Positions 20,435 through 33,343 of a DNA stretch of 64,000 nucleotides are shown piece by piece. A program made the translations under genes and the position numbers. Source of the stretch: an uncultured cyanobacterium. Its GTDB lineage: Bacteria; Cyanobacteriota; Cyanobacteriia; PCC-6307; Cyanobiaceae. The DNA lies in contig CAVXWZ010000008.1 of assembly GCA_963765575.1 (NCBI GenBank), positions 64,001 through 128,000 on the forward strand. Direction: 5' to 3'. Below the pieces are notes generated by a model that was given only the letters and a program-made list of their open reading frames with translations, did not search any database and was not told the DNA's origin. The first letter of the stretch is position 1; each line of letters begins with the position of its first letter.

Positions 20435-22132
20435 TCAGCCCGTCGGCCCCTGTGGCTGGTTCCAGAGCTCCAGCTGAACGGTGCCGGAGCTGGCCTCAGC
20501 CGCCCGGCGTCGCCGGCGGCCCGGGGGTGGCGTGGCTGGCCGGCGCTCCAGGGGGCGGCTGGGGCTGAACCAGCTGGCCAGATCACCCTGGGCCTGCTGG
20601 TCGAGCTGCTCCAGCGGCAGGGCGGCGGGAAACAGCTCCGGCGCCTGATCGCCGGCCCAGGCCACCGCCGCTCCTGCGATCCGTTCGGCGCCGAAGGGGG
20701 TGAGATCCGCGGGCAGGGGGCTGAAGCCGGGGCGACTCCAGCCCCGGCGCTGCTCCGCCAGCTCGGCTAGGCGCCGGCGCCTGGCGCTCTCGTAGTCGAG
20801 CAGGGGCCGGGGGTAGGCGGCCATCGGCGGCACGGCGCCCAGCTGGTCGTTGGTGAGCTGGGCCAGCTCCGGCAGCCAGCGGCGGATGAACACCCCCTGG
20901 GGATCGCAGCGATCCACCGCCACCTGGCCCGGGTGATAGATGCGGCTCCAGCCGCCGCTGCGGCCACCGGGCGCTGCCGTCACTCCCGCCTGCATGGCCC
21001 ACTGGTAGTGATCGATGCAGCAGTCGCCGTCGATCAGGTGGCGCATGTAATGCAGAGCGCCGTAGCGCCAGTCGATGCCGCAGAGGTTGGTGAGGAAGCT
21101 GGCGTGGATGGCCCGGCTGCGGAAATTGAGATCCAGCCAGCCGCCACCGGCCAGCAGGCAACGGGACGCCGCATCGACGATCGCAAAGCCGGTGTGGCCG
21201 CTCTGCCAGGCCCGGTACAGCTCCTCCTGCTCGGGATTGAGGCTGTTCTCCTGGCTGTAGCACTGCCACAGGGGCCTGAGTTCCAGCTGGGGCAGATAGC
21301 GGAACCGCTGGGCCATGCCGGCCCCCCAGCGCAGGCGGCTCACCAACTGGCGCCAGCTGCGCCGCTCGCTGGCGCTGCCCTGGCGCAACGCCGCGATCGT
21401 GTGCAGCACGCGGCGGTGGCTCAGCATCCCGAATTTCAGGTGTGGCCCCAGGCCAGTCGTGACCCGTGCCGATGGCTGGCTCAGCTGCCAGAAGTAGCGC
21501 GCGGCGGCCCCGCCGGCGCAGAACTCCGCCAGCCGCTCCAGGGCTGCTTCGCTGCCGGCGGCTGGGATCGGTTTGCCATCGGCCCTCAGGCCCAGGGCCG
21601 CCAGCGTCGGCAGCGTTGGCTCTGGACCCTGGCCCAGGATTTCCGGCGCCGGGGTTGCGATCCGACTCGGGGCGCTCAACGGCTCCAGGGCCATCTGGCC
21701 GTGCCAGTGCCGCCGGTAGTGGGGATAGGACACCAGCTCGGCGCAACCCCCGGGTGGCTCCAGCCAGCGCAGTGGGATGCCGGCCGCCGCCAGGCTGCGG
21801 CTCACCCGGGCGTCCCGCACCCGGCCCACGAGGCGTTCGGCGTCGATGTGGGCCACCACCCCGGCGGCTCCGCTCTGGCGCACCACCGCCTCCAGCACCG
21901 CCGCCGGCTCGCCGTGGCGCAGCAGCAGCCAGGAGCCACGGCGGCGCAGCTCGCCATCCAGGGCTCGTAGTCCCGCCAGCAGGAAGGCCACCCGGGCGGG
22001 GCCGGTCTCGGGATGGTGGAGCAGGTGGGGATCGAGGATGAACAGGGGCAGCACCGGCCCCCGCCGGCAGGCCTCGAGCAGGGCCGGATGGTCGTCGAGG
22101 CGCAGGTCACGCCGGAACCACAGCACCTGCAT
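20435..22132 (-). CDS. Cryptochrome/photolyase family flavoprotein
   Basis: WFRRDLRLDDHPAL N-domain; GHTGFAIVDA, IDWRYG, LIDGD and DPQGVFIRRWLPEL FAD domain. Confidence 0.93.
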   Translation of the reverse strand: MQVLWFRRDLRLDDHPALLEACRRGPVLPLFILDPHLLHHPETGPARVAFLLAGLRALDGELRRRGSWLLLRHGEPAAVLEAVVRQSGAAGVVAHIDAERLVGRVRDARVSRSLAAAGIPLRWLEPPGGCAELVSYPHYRRHWHGQMALEPLSAPSRIATPAPEILGQGPEPTLPTLAALGLRADGKPIPAAGSEAALERLAEFCAGGAAARYFWQLSQPSARVTTGLGPHLKFGMLSHRRVLHTIAALRQGSASERRSWRQLVSRLRWGAGMAQRFRYLPQLELRPLWQCYSQENSLNPEQEELYRAWQSGHTGFAIVDAASRCLLAGGGWLDLNFRSRAIHASFLTNLCGIDWRYGALHYMRHLIDGDCCIDHYQWAMQAGVTAAPGGRSGGWSRIYHPGQVAVDRCDPQGVFIRRWLPELAQLTNDQLGAVPPMAAYPRPLLDYESARRRRLAELAEQRRGWSRPGFSPLPADLTPFGAERIAGAAVAWAGDQAPELFPAALPLEQLDQQAQGDLASWFSPSRPLERRPATPPPGRRRRRAAEASSGTVQLELWNQPQGPTG

Positions 22133-22147
22133 GCCTGTGGGTGTTGC

Positions 22148-23854
22148 TCAGGGCCGTTCACTGTGGCGGGCGGCCACGGCCCGGCGCGCCACCTGCTCGG
22201 CCACCTTGATGCCATCGATCGCCGCCGAGAGGATGCCGCCGGCGTAGCCGGCCCCCTCCCCTGCCGGAAACAGTCCGGGCGTGTTCAGCGACTCGAGGCT
22301 GTGGTCATCGCGGTCCAGGCGGAGCGGCGAGGAGGTGCGTGTCTCCACCCCGGTGAGCACCGCATCCGCCTGGCAGAACCCCGGGATCCGTCGCTGGAAC
22401 TGGGGCAGGGCCTCACGGATCGCCGCCACCACGAAGGCCGGCAGACAGGGGCTGAGGTCGGTGAACACCACCCCGGGTTGGTAGGACGGCACCACCTCGC
22501 CGGGCCCCTGGCGAGGTGGTACGGCGGCGAGGAAATCGTCCAGCCGCTGGGCCGGGGCCCTCAGGCTGCAGCCACCGGCCTCGAAGGCCCGCCGCTCCCA
22601 GTGGCGCTGGAAGGCCACCCCCGCCAGGGGATCACCCGGTCCGTCGCCGTAGGGCTCCAGATCGGCCAGGTCCACAGTCACCACCAGGCCACTGTTGGCG
22701 TTGCGCTCATTGCGGGTGTGCTGACTCATGCCGTTGGTGACCACGGCCTCCGCCTCCGAGGTGGCCCCCACCACCAGCCCGCCGGGGCACATGCAGAAGC
22801 TGTAGACGCTGCGGCCGCTGAGCCCGGCCCCGCGGCAGTGGTGCACGAGCTTGTATTCCGCGGCGCCGAGCCGGGGATGGCCCGCCTGCTCTCCCCAGCG
22901 GGCGCGATCGATCAGGGGCTGGGGATGTTCGATCCGCAGCCCCACCGCGAAGGCTTTGGCCCGCATGCTCACGCCCGTCTGCTGCAGCCAGGTGAAGGTG
23001 TCGCGGGAGCTGTGGCCCACCGCCAGCACCACGGCGTCGGTGGCCAGCCGTCGGCCATCGGCGAGCAGCACCCCCCGCACCCGCCGGCTGCCGGGTTCGA
23101 GATCCAGGCCGCTCACCCGGCACTCGAACCACACCTCTCCGCCCAGGCTCTCGATGCGTCGGCGCAGGCCCCGCACCACCGTGGCCAGCTTGAAGGTACC
23201 GATGTGGGGCCGGTGCAGGGTGAGGATCTCCGGGTTGGCGCCGGCCTCCACCAGCTCCTCCAGCACCCGGCGCCCATAGGCCTTGGGCTCGCTCACCTGG
23301 CTGTAGAGCTTGCCGTCGGAGAAGGTGCCGGCGCCGCCCTCGCCAAACTGGGCGTTGGACTCCGGGTTGAAGGGACGTTGGCCTTTCCAGAAGCCGAAGG
23401 TGTCGGCACTGCGCTGCTTCACGGGCCGGCCCCGTTCCAGCAGCAGGGGCCGCAGGCCCATGCGGGCCAGCATCAAGGCGGCGAAGTAGCCGCAGGGACC
23501 GGTCCCCACCACCACCGGCCGCAGGCTTGGTGCCTCGGCGGCTGAGAGCTGCACCGGCAGGTGGTGGCGATCGTCGGGGCTTGGTCTGAGCTGGGGATCG
23601 TCGCGGAAGCGGCGCCTGAGCCTGGCCTCCACGGCCTGCTCGAACTCCAGATCGAGGCTGTACACCAGGCTGATCGCCCCGGCCTTGCGGGCGTCGACGC
23701 TGCGTTTCACCAGCCGCTGGCCCAGCAGCTGATCGGGGTGCAGACGCAGGCGGCGGCAGATCGCCGCCGTCAGGTCGGCCCCGTCGTGGTCGAGGGGCAG
23801 CTTGAGCTCGCTCAGCCGCAGCACGGCAGCCTCTCCGCTGATGGATGACTGCAT
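22148..23854 (-). CDS. FAD-dependent dehydrogenase (COG2509-like)
   Basis: VVGTGPCG, GEGGAGTFSDGKL, FCMCPGG and GEGAGYAGGI. Start is ATG 23854 or GTG 23824. Confidence 0.92.
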   Translation of the reverse strand: MQSSISGEAAVLRLSELKLPLDHDGADLTAAICRRLRLHPDQLLGQRLVKRSVDARKAGAISLVYSLDLEFEQAVEARLRRRFRDDPQLRPSPDDRHHLPVQLSAAEAPSLRPVVVGTGPCGYFAALMLARMGLRPLLLERGRPVKQRSADTFGFWKGQRPFNPESNAQFGEGGAGTFSDGKLYSQVSEPKAYGRRVLEELVEAGANPEILTLHRPHIGTFKLATVVRGLRRRIESLGGEVWFECRVSGLDLEPGSRRVRGVLLADGRRLATDAVVLAVGHSSRDTFTWLQQTGVSMRAKAFAVGLRIEHPQPLIDRARWGEQAGHPRLGAAEYKLVHHCRGAGLSGRSVYSFCMCPGGLVVGATSEAEAVVTNGMSQHTRNERNANSGLVVTVDLADLEPYGDGPGDPLAGVAFQRHWERRAFEAGGCSLRAPAQRLDDFLAAVPPRQGPGEVVPSYQPGVVFTDLSPCLPAFVVAAIREALPQFQRRIPGFCQADAVLTGVETRTSSPLRLDRDDHSLESLNTPGLFPAGEGAGYAGGILSAAIDGIKVAEQVARRAVAARHSERP

Positions 23855-23863
23855 AGTCAAAGC

Positions 23864-23911
23864 GTTGGCCAGAAAACAGTTGGCCAGGAAACAGTTGGCC
23901 AGGAACTGTTG
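23864..23911. repeat. About 3.2 copies of a 15-bp tandem repeat in a divergent intergenic region
   Basis: GTTGGCCAGAAAACA / GTTGGCCAGGAAACA / GTTGGCCAGGAACT / GTTG. Confidence 0.85.
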
Positions 23912-23970
23912 CGCCGCCGCCGCTGTGGGCGCTGTTCTGCCAGGCTGGGAGTCCATGCTGGACGGGGCCC

Positions 23971-24120
23971 ATGTCACTCACCCACTGCCCGCTCTGCATT
24001 GCCCTGGGCGTGCTCAGCGTGTCCCGGGCCGTCAACTTCGGCCTCCTGCTCTGGGTGCTCCTGAAGGGCCCGGATGATCAGCCGGCGCTGTTCTCGGCCC
24101 CGACCTCGGCCCTGTCCTGA
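23971..24120 (+). CDS. Small (49 aa) membrane protein with N-terminal HCxxC
   Basis: Manual translation is MSLTHCPLCIALGVLSVSRAVNFGLLLWVLLKGPDDQPALFSAPTSALS*. The stop overlaps the MBL ATG (TGATG). Confidence 0.65.
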   Translation: MSLTHCPLCIALGVLSVSRAVNFGLLLWVLLKGPDDQPALFSAPTSALS

Positions 24121-24881
24121 TGGTTGCCGCCACCTATTTCGGCGCCAACGGCTGGCTGCTGGAGTTCGATGGCCTGCGGGTGCTCGTGGACCCGTGGCTC
24201 TGCGGTGAGCTGGTGTTCCCGCCCGGGCGCTGGTTCTTCGCCGGCAGCCTTCCCCATCCCTGGCCCGTTCCCGCCGCCCTGGATCTGCTGCTGCTCACCC
24301 AGGGACTGCCGGACCACTGCCATCCCCCCAGCCTGGCGCTTCTCGATCGCTCCCTGCCGGTGGTGGGTTCGGCCACGGCCGCCAAGCGGGTGCGGCAGCT
24401 GGGCTTCGCCGATGTCACGGCGCTGGCGCCGGGCCAGTGCCACCGGCTGGGGGCGCTCTCGATCCGGGCCACAGCCGGCGCACCGGTTCCCCAGGTGGAG
24501 AACGGCTATCGCCTCGACCACCCGGCCGGCAGCCTCTACCTCGAACCCCACGGCTATCTGGATGCCGACCTGCCGCCCGAACCCCTCGCTGCGGTGATCA
24601 CGCCCGTGGTGGATCTGGCCCTGCCGTTGGCTGGTGCCTTTGTGCGCGGCCGCCAGGTGCTGCCGCTGCTGCTCGAGCGTTTCCGGCCGGCAGTGGTGTT
24701 GGCGAGCACCGCCGGCGGTGACGTGCGTTTTGCCGGGCTGCTCACCCGTGCCCTCAGCCAACTGGGCAGCAACGAGGAGGCCGCGGCCCTGGCTGCCGCT
24801 GCTGCCGCCAGCGGTCAGGCACCGACGCGCTTCATCGATCCGATCCCAGGGCAGGCCTACCGGCTCGCCCCACCGGCCTGA
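24120..24881 (+). CDS. Metallo-beta-lactamase fold hydrolase
   Basis: GANGWLL, LVDPW, TQGLPDHCHP and YLEPHG. Confidence 0.9.
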   Translation: MVAATYFGANGWLLEFDGLRVLVDPWLCGELVFPPGRWFFAGSLPHPWPVPAALDLLLLTQGLPDHCHPPSLALLDRSLPVVGSATAAKRVRQLGFADVTALAPGQCHRLGALSIRATAGAPVPQVENGYRLDHPAGSLYLEPHGYLDADLPPEPLAAVITPVVDLALPLAGAFVRGRQVLPLLLERFRPAVVLASTAGGDVRFAGLLTRALSQLGSNEEAAALAAAAAASGQAPTRFIDPIPGQAYRLAPPA

Positions 24882-24910
24882 CCCACCACCGGGCAGATCA
24901 CCCCCGCGTT

Positions 24911-25831
24911 ATGGCTGCCTCTTTCCCGCCACTGCCGTCCTGGTTGAGCGATCCCCTGGTCGCCAAGTTGGCCGCGGCGGCGGTGGTGCTGGTAGGCGTG
25001 AGCGTTCTGATCCGGGTGAGTCAGATGTCGCTCACCCCCTACCTGCGGGATCCGGACACTCGCTATTACACCCGCAAACTCGTGGCCCTGAGCGGCTACT
25101 TCGTGGCGGCGGTGGCGATCACGGTGATTTTCAAAGACCGCCTCGGGGGGCTCACCGTGGCCCTCGGGGTGGCTGGTGCGGGCATCGCCTTTGCCCTGCA
25201 GGAGGTGATCGGCAGTGTGGCCGGCTGGATCGCCATCTCCTTCGGCGGCTTTTACCGGCCTGGGGATCGGGTGCAGCTCGGTGGCATCAAGGGAGACGTC
25301 ATCGACATCGGCATCCTGCGCACCACCTTGATGGAGCTTGGGGAGTGGGTGAATTCGGATCTCTACAACGGGCGCATTGTGCGCATCGCCAATAGCTTCG
25401 TGTTCAAGCAGCCGGTGTTCAATTATTCCGGCGACTTTCCGTTCCTCTGGGATGAGTTGCGCCTGCCGGTGCAGTACGGCAGTGATCACCGCCTGGTGCG
25501 CCAGATCCTGGAGAGGATCGGGGCGGAGATCGCCCCCCAGGCGTTCACGGAATCGGTGCGCTCAGCCTGGAGCGCGATGGTTCGCAAGTATCTGCTGGAG
25601 AACGCCGGCGTGCAGCCCCAAGTCACGCTGGCGCTCACCGATAACTGGATGGAGTTCACCCTGCGCTACGTGGTCGACGTCAAGACCCGCCGTTCCACAA
25701 AAGACGAGCTCTATCTCAGGATCCTGGAGGAATTCGAGCGTGCCGGCGATCAGGCCCGCATCGCCTCCAGCACCGTTCAGCTGGTGCAGGTCCCCCCGTT
25801 GCAGGTGCGCCTGGAGAAATCCGGGGATTAG
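24911..25831 (+). CDS. Small-conductance mechanosensitive channel (MscS family)
   Basis: Three TM segments, GIAFALQ, PGDRV..GGIKGDVIDIG and IANS..F..PVFNYS. Confidence 0.92.
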   Translation: MAASFPPLPSWLSDPLVAKLAAAAVVLVGVSVLIRVSQMSLTPYLRDPDTRYYTRKLVALSGYFVAAVAITVIFKDRLGGLTVALGVAGAGIAFALQEVIGSVAGWIAISFGGFYRPGDRVQLGGIKGDVIDIGILRTTLMELGEWVNSDLYNGRIVRIANSFVFKQPVFNYSGDFPFLWDELRLPVQYGSDHRLVRQILERIGAEIAPQAFTESVRSAWSAMVRKYLLENAGVQPQVTLALTDNWMEFTLRYVVDVKTRRSTKDELYLRILEEFERAGDQARIASSTVQLVQVPPLQVRLEKSGD

Positions 25832-25853
25832 GGGCCAGGCCTCAGCGCCGCGA

Positions 25854-28349
<2,496 letters not shown>

Positions 28350-28477
28350 GGAGCGGGGGCAGCCATCCCCACTCTTGCCCCTGGGCGCGGTGGTGGCCGC
28401 AACTGTGAACGGCACGCTGCCCTCGGTCAGGGAGGAAACGGGTGGCACAGTGGGTCCAACCCTCCTACGCCCCGTTC

Positions 28478-28903
28478 GTGCTCCGCCCTCCCCACGTCTG
28501 GATCGCTTCGGCTGCTCTCACCCTGGCGGCGGTGCTGCCACTCCCCGCTGTTGCCCAGGCCCAGGCCGCTCCTGCTGGTCCGATCTCCCAGCAGTCCATG
28601 GGCGACATGGCCCTGGCTGCGGCCGTGAACGTGTGCGAACTGGCCGTGGAAGAGAAGATTCCCGTCCAGAAAACGGTGCTGGCGATGGCCAAGGCCATGA
28701 CCTACGTCGTCACCAATCGCTACGGCGCCCAGGTGGCCGGCGCGGGCAAACTCCAGCCTGAGCAGATCGCCAACGGCAGCATCGTGCAGGTGGTGGGCCG
28801 GGTGCGCCAGGGCTGTTACGACAAGCTCAACGCCACCGACAAGAAGTTTGTCGATGACGTGCTCAGTGAGGTCAACCGGGCGATGGGCAGCCAGGGCAAC
28901 TGA
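28478..28903 (+). CDS. Secreted hypothetical protein with two Cys
   Basis: Signal peptide ending AVAQA followed by a helical domain (NVC...GC); start uncertain. Confidence 0.75.
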   Translation: MLRPPHVWIASAALTLAAVLPLPAVAQAQAAPAGPISQQSMGDMALAAAVNVCELAVEEKIPVQKTVLAMAKAMTYVVTNRYGAQVAGAGKLQPEQIANGSIVQVVGRVRQGCYDKLNATDKKFVDDVLSEVNRAMGSQGN

Positions 28904-28928
28904 GCCAGGGCTGGGCCATCGCGGCTCG

Positions 28929-29168
28929 CTAGTTCTCTTTCTGCTGATCAGGGGCCTGCGGCTCAGCCCCCTGCTGCTCCGGAGTGGGCTCCGGCAGCAG
29001 TTGGGCGAGCAGGCCCCCGCCCATCAGCACGCCACCAAGGGCCAGAGCCAGGCTGCGGTTGGCGGCAGCAGCTCCCTCCCCACTCCAGGCGGCGGCGGCG
29101 AGGAAGGCCCCCCCGAGCAGCAGGCAGGGCACCAGCACGATGCCCTTGGCGGTGCGGTTGAGGCTCAT
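28929..29168 (-). CDS. Small membrane protein (GIVxVP family)
   Basis: MSLNRTAKGIVLVP and two TM segments. Confidence 0.85.
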   Translation of the reverse strand: MSLNRTAKGIVLVPCLLLGGAFLAAAAWSGEGAAAANRSLALALGGVLMGGGLLAQLLPEPTPEQQGAEPQAPDQQKEN

Positions 29169-29536
29169 CGCTTCAGCTCCGCGCAGGCCTGGGGGTCGGC
29201 CTGCGCCAGGGGTGCGGCCAGCCCCTCGGCCACCAGAGCCGCCCCAAGATCCAGCGCCGGGTGCGAGCGGTCGGCGATGGTGCTCACCCGGGCCAACAGC
29301 TGTCCATCGCGTTGATCCACCGGCCGCAGGTTCACCCGGGTGCCACGCGGAGCATGCTGACGCAACCAGTCCACAGCCTCGTCTTCCCTGGCCGGATCCA
29401 CGCCCACACAGGCGAGTTCCACGGCGTAGCTGCGGTTGCTGTCACCCACCTGCAGCACGGTGGCAGTGCGCACCTGCAGCACCTGGGCGGCGGCTGCAGC
29501 GCCAGGTGCCAGAAGGATCGTCAGCGCCAGCACCAT
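29165..29536 (-). CDS. Thermonuclease (SNase)-like secreted protein
   Basis: Signal peptide, LQVGDSNRSYAVELAC and DLGAALVAEGLA; ATGA overlap with the GIVxVP gene. Confidence 0.78.
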   Translation of the reverse strand: MVLALTILLAPGAAAAAQVLQVRTATVLQVGDSNRSYAVELACVGVDPAREDEAVDWLRQHAPRGTRVNLRPVDQRDGQLLARVSTIADRSHPALDLGAALVAEGLAAPLAQADPQACAELKR

Positions 29537-29586
29537 GCTGACGAAGAGGGCTGGCAGCAGTGGGCGCTGCAGGGCGCGGCAGGGGT

Positions 29587-31476
29587 TCAGAGCTTGGCGC
29601 CGCAACTGGGGCAGAACAGGTGAGCGCTGGCGGTGGTAGCGCCGCACTGGCCGCACTGCCTGCTGGTGTCAATAGCCAGTTCGGGGTGGCTGGGCAGCCC
29701 CACCATCTGGGCGTTGCTGGCGCCGGGGGGCACCATCGGATAGCAGTTCTCGTTGCGGCGCACCTTGACGTCGATGAAGGCCGGACCGGGATGGTCCAGT
29801 GCCTCCTGCAGCTGCTGGCGCAGGTTGGCCCGCTCGCTGATGAGCACGCCGCGCAAGCCGAATGATTCGGCCAGGCGCTTGAAGTCGGGCATGCCGCCCA
29901 TCATCTCCGAGGCTGAGTAGCGCTCTCCGTAGAAGCTTTCCTGCCACTGGCGCACCATGCCCTGCCAGCCGTTGTTGATCACCACCACCTTCACCGCCAG
30001 GTCGTACTGGGCCAGGGTGCCGAGCTCCTGGATGTTCATCAGGATGCTGGCGTCGCCGGCGATGCAGATCACCTGCTCGGAGGGATAGGCGGTCTGCACC
30101 CCCATGGCGGCGGGCATGCCGAAGCCCATCGTGCCCAGACCGGCGGAGCTGATCCAGCGCCGGGGGCCGTTGTGCAGAAACTGGGCGGCCCACATCTGGT
30201 GCTGCCCCACATCGGTGGTGTAGAAGGCATCCGGCGCCAGCTCCCGCAGGGCCACCATCACCTCCTGGGGTGAGATCTCGCCCACCGCTGCCGGCACCAC
30301 CAGGGGATAGTGCTGTTTCCAGCTGGCGATGCGATCCAGCCAGGCCTCGGTGCGGCCCTCGGAGCCCTCACCCGAACTGCAGGCGAGCAGGGCCTCAAGG
30401 GCCTGCGTCACATCGCCCACCACCGGCACCTCGGGAACCCGTGTTTTGCCCACTTCAGCCGCATCGATGTCGATGTGGATCACCTGGGCACGCGGGGCGA
30501 AGCCATCGAGCCGGCCGGTGACCCGATCGTCGAAGCGGGCGCCGGCGGCGATCAGCAGATCGCACTCGGTGACGGCGAAATTGGCGTAGGCGGTGCCGTG
30601 CATGCCGAGCATGCCGAGGGCGAGCGGATGCTTCTCGTCAAAGGCCCCCTTGCCCATCAGCGTGGTGGTCACCGGCAGCCGGAAGCGTTCTGCCAGCTCC
30701 AGCAGGGCGCCGTGGGCGCCGCTGCTGATGGCGCCGCCACCCACGTAGAGCAGGGGCCTGCGGGCCTGGCGGATCAGCTCGATGGCCTGTTGGATCGCCT
30801 CCGCAGCCGGGGGGGCGGGCAGCCGGTAGCCCTTGGGCAACGATGTGCCCGGTTCCACAGGCACGTAGTCGAACTCCTCCAGCCCAACGTCCTTGGGCAC
30901 GTCGATGAGCACCGGACCGGGCCGGCCACTGGCGGCGATCAGGAAGGCCTCGGCCACGATGCGGCCGATCTCCCGGGGGTCCCGCACCACCCAGGAGTGC
31001 TTCACGATCGGCAGGGTGATGCCGAAGATGTCAGTTTCCTGGAAGGCATCGGTGCCGATTGAGGCCCGCGGCACCTGGCCGCTGATCACCACCATCGGCA
31101 CCGAATCCATGTGGGCGGTGGCGATGCCCGTGACCAGGTTGGTGGCGCCGGGCCCGGAGGTCCCGAAGCACACGCCCACCTTGCCGGTGGCGCGGGCGTA
31201 GGCGTCGGCGGCGTGGGTGCCGCCCTGCTCATGGCGCACCAGGATGTGCTTCAGCCAGCCCCGAGCCTCGGCCTTGTGGAGCTCGTCGTAGATGGGCAGG
31301 ATGGCGCCGCCCGGATAGCCGAAGATGTGCTTCACCCCGTGGCGGCGCAGGGCATCCATCAGGGCATAGCCCCCGTTCACCCGCTGCGGTTGGTCGCCGC
31401 CCCGCTCAGCCGCCTGAGGCGGTTTGCGTTCACGAATGCTGGTTTGGGCGGCAGAGGTGAGGGGCGAGAGCGTCAC
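29587..31476 (-). CDS. ilvB: Acetolactate synthase large subunit with C-terminal zinc ribbon
   Basis: [30 protein letters not shown] motif and MVRQWQ. Confidence 0.97.
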   Translation of the reverse strand: MTLSPLTSAAQTSIRERKPPQAAERGGDQPQRVNGGYALMDALRRHGVKHIFGYPGGAILPIYDELHKAEARGWLKHILVRHEQGGTHAADAYARATGKVGVCFGTSGPGATNLVTGIATAHMDSVPMVVISGQVPRASIGTDAFQETDIFGITLPIVKHSWVVRDPREIGRIVAEAFLIAASGRPGPVLIDVPKDVGLEEFDYVPVEPGTSLPKGYRLPAPPAAEAIQQAIELIRQARRPLLYVGGGAISSGAHGALLELAERFRLPVTTTLMGKGAFDEKHPLALGMLGMHGTAYANFAVTECDLLIAAGARFDDRVTGRLDGFAPRAQVIHIDIDAAEVGKTRVPEVPVVGDVTQALEALLACSSGEGSEGRTEAWLDRIASWKQHYPLVVPAAVGEISPQEVMVALRELAPDAFYTTDVGQHQMWAAQFLHNGPRRWISSAGLGTMGFGMPAAMGVQTAYPSEQVICIAGDASILMNIQELGTLAQYDLAVKVVVINNGWQGMVRQWQESFYGERYSASEMMGGMPDFKRLAESFGLRGVLISERANLRQQLQEALDHPGPAFIDVKVRRNENCYPMVPPGASNAQMVGLPSHPELAIDTSRQCGQCGATTASAHLFCPSCGAKL

Positions 31477-31570
31477 GGCTGCGGCGGCCAAGCAGCTGGC
31501 CAATGGATGAGGTGAGCCAACCCTAGGCGTTGCCTGGGCATCTCGGTTCCGTGCGCTGGCTTCCGCTTGC

Positions 31571-32140
31571 TCACTGGCGGGCCTGGGCCATGGCCCGCAG
31601 CACCAGGGCCGGATCCAGCCATTCGTCGCGGAAGCGCATGCCCCAGTGCAGGTGCGGGCCGGTGCTGCGGCCGCTGACCCCCACGTGGCCGATCAGCTCA
31701 CCACTGCGCACCGGCTGGCCGGAGCGGATCGCCACCGGTCCGCTGCGGTACACCCCGCCCGAGGCCGATCCGGAGAGGTGGCAATAGATGTGTTCGTAGT
31801 CGCCGGAGCGGATCACCAGGCCCACGCCACAGGTGCCGTCGTTGATCACGCTCGTCACCACCCCGCCCCACCAGTTGCGGATCGGTGAACCCATCGGGGC
31901 GGCGATGTCGAGGCCGTAGTGGGGCTCCACTGCCCCCCAGGGGCCGCTGCGGGTGCCGAAATGGCTGGTGTACCCGGCGAAGTTCACCACCGGGAAGACG
32001 CCGCGGCCCCAGACGCTGCGGGCCTGGGCGGCGGGCAGATTCAGCAGCCCCGCCTGGATGGCGAGGGCCAGGGCGGCGCTGGCGGCCCCCAGGGCGGCTC
32101 CCAGCAGCAGGCGAGGACGGGGGGAGGGGGAGGTAGCCAT
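31571..32140 (-). CDS. M23 family metallopeptidase
   Basis: HYGLD, YCHL and STGPHLHW. Confidence 0.92.
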   Translation of the reverse strand: MATSPSPRPRLLLGAALGAASAALALAIQAGLLNLPAAQARSVWGRGVFPVVNFAGYTSHFGTRSGPWGAVEPHYGLDIAAPMGSPIRNWWGGVVTSVINDGTCGVGLVIRSGDYEHIYCHLSGSASGGVYRSGPVAIRSGQPVRSGELIGHVGVSGRSTGPHLHWGMRFRDEWLDPALVLRAMAQARQ

Positions 32141-32167
32141 CTCAGATCAGGTCCTTCGATCAGGTCC

Positions 32168-33343
32168 TCAGAGCAGGCCCAGGGCATGCAATGGTCCACG
32201 GCCACTGAGCAATTCCAGCAGAAAAGCAGAAAAGCCCACCATGGCCAGGCGTCCATTCCAAACCTCGGAGCTGTTGTTCCAGCCCCAGGCCCACTTGTCC
32301 TGGGGATAGAGCTTCACCTTGGTGGGCAGGGCAGCCGCCTGGTCCAGGTTCACCTCGGGGCCCTCGAGGGCGTGTTGCACCAGATCCGCCAGACCGGTGA
32401 TGAAGGCGGGCGTGGTGTCGAGCGCGGGTACCCGCCGGAAGTTGGTGATGCCGGCCTCCGTGGCGATCTCGCGGTATTCGATGTCGATCTCTTCGAGCGT
32501 TTCGATGTGCTCGCTCACGAAGCTGATCGGCACCACCACCAGGTCTTTCACGCCCTGGGCGCCGAGGTCTTCGAGGGCCTCATCGGTGTAGGGCCGCAGC
32601 CACTCCACGGGGCCGACGCGGCTCTGGTAGGCCAGGGTGGAGGGGTTGGCATGGCCCAGATCGGCCTCCAGCTGGCGCATCACCAGGGCGGCGCAGGCCT
32701 CAATCTCCTGTTGATAGGGGTCTCCCGCCTCCTCCACGTAGCTCTTGGGCACGCCATGGGCGCTGAAGAACACGTGGGCGCTGGCGGGGTCCGGGCAGGC
32801 CTGGATCTCCTTGGCGATCAGCCCCGCCATGGCGCTGATGTAGCCGGGGTCGTCGTAGTAGCTGCGGATGCAGCGGATCGGCAGCCGCTCGAAGCCGGGG
32901 TCGGCCTGGCGCAGGCGTTTGAGCTCCCGGAAGCTGGAGCCGCTGGTGCTGATCGAGAAGTGGGGGTAGAGGGGCAGCACCACCACCTCATCCACGCCGT
33001 CGGCCTTGATGTCGGCCACGGCCGACTCGGTGAAGGGGTGCCAGTAGCGCATCGCCACGTAGCTGGTGGCCTCGATGCCCCGCTGCCGCAGGCTGCTCTG
33101 CAGCTCCCGCGCCTGCTGTTCGGTGATGCGACGCAGCGGTGACCCCCCGCCGATGGAGCGGTAGGCCTCCTGCGACTTGCCGGCCCGCAGGCTGCTGATC
33201 AGCCAGGCCAGGGGCTTCTGCAGAGCCGGGTTGGGCAGCCGGATGATCTCCGGGTCGGAGAAGAGGTTGTACAGAAACGGCCCCACGTCCTGGATCCGCT
33301 CGGGACCCCCGAGGTTCAGCAGCAGCACGCCAACCTTGGCCAT
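32168..33343 (-). CDS. hemH: Ferrochelatase with C-terminal CAB helix
   Basis: LLNLGGP, FSAHGVP and [12 protein letters not shown]-terminal EVWNGRLAM. Confidence 0.98.
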   Translation of the reverse strand: MAKVGVLLLNLGGPERIQDVGPFLYNLFSDPEIIRLPNPALQKPLAWLISSLRAGKSQEAYRSIGGGSPLRRITEQQARELQSSLRQRGIEATSYVAMRYWHPFTESAVADIKADGVDEVVVLPLYPHFSISTSGSSFRELKRLRQADPGFERLPIRCIRSYYDDPGYISAMAGLIAKEIQACPDPASAHVFFSAHGVPKSYVEEAGDPYQQEIEACAALVMRQLEADLGHANPSTLAYQSRVGPVEWLRPYTDEALEDLGAQGVKDLVVVPISFVSEHIETLEEIDIEYREIATEAGITNFRRVPALDTTPAFITGLADLVQHALEGPEVNLDQAAALPTKVKLYPQDKWAWGWNNSSEVWNGRLAMVGFSAFLLELLSGRGPLHALGLL

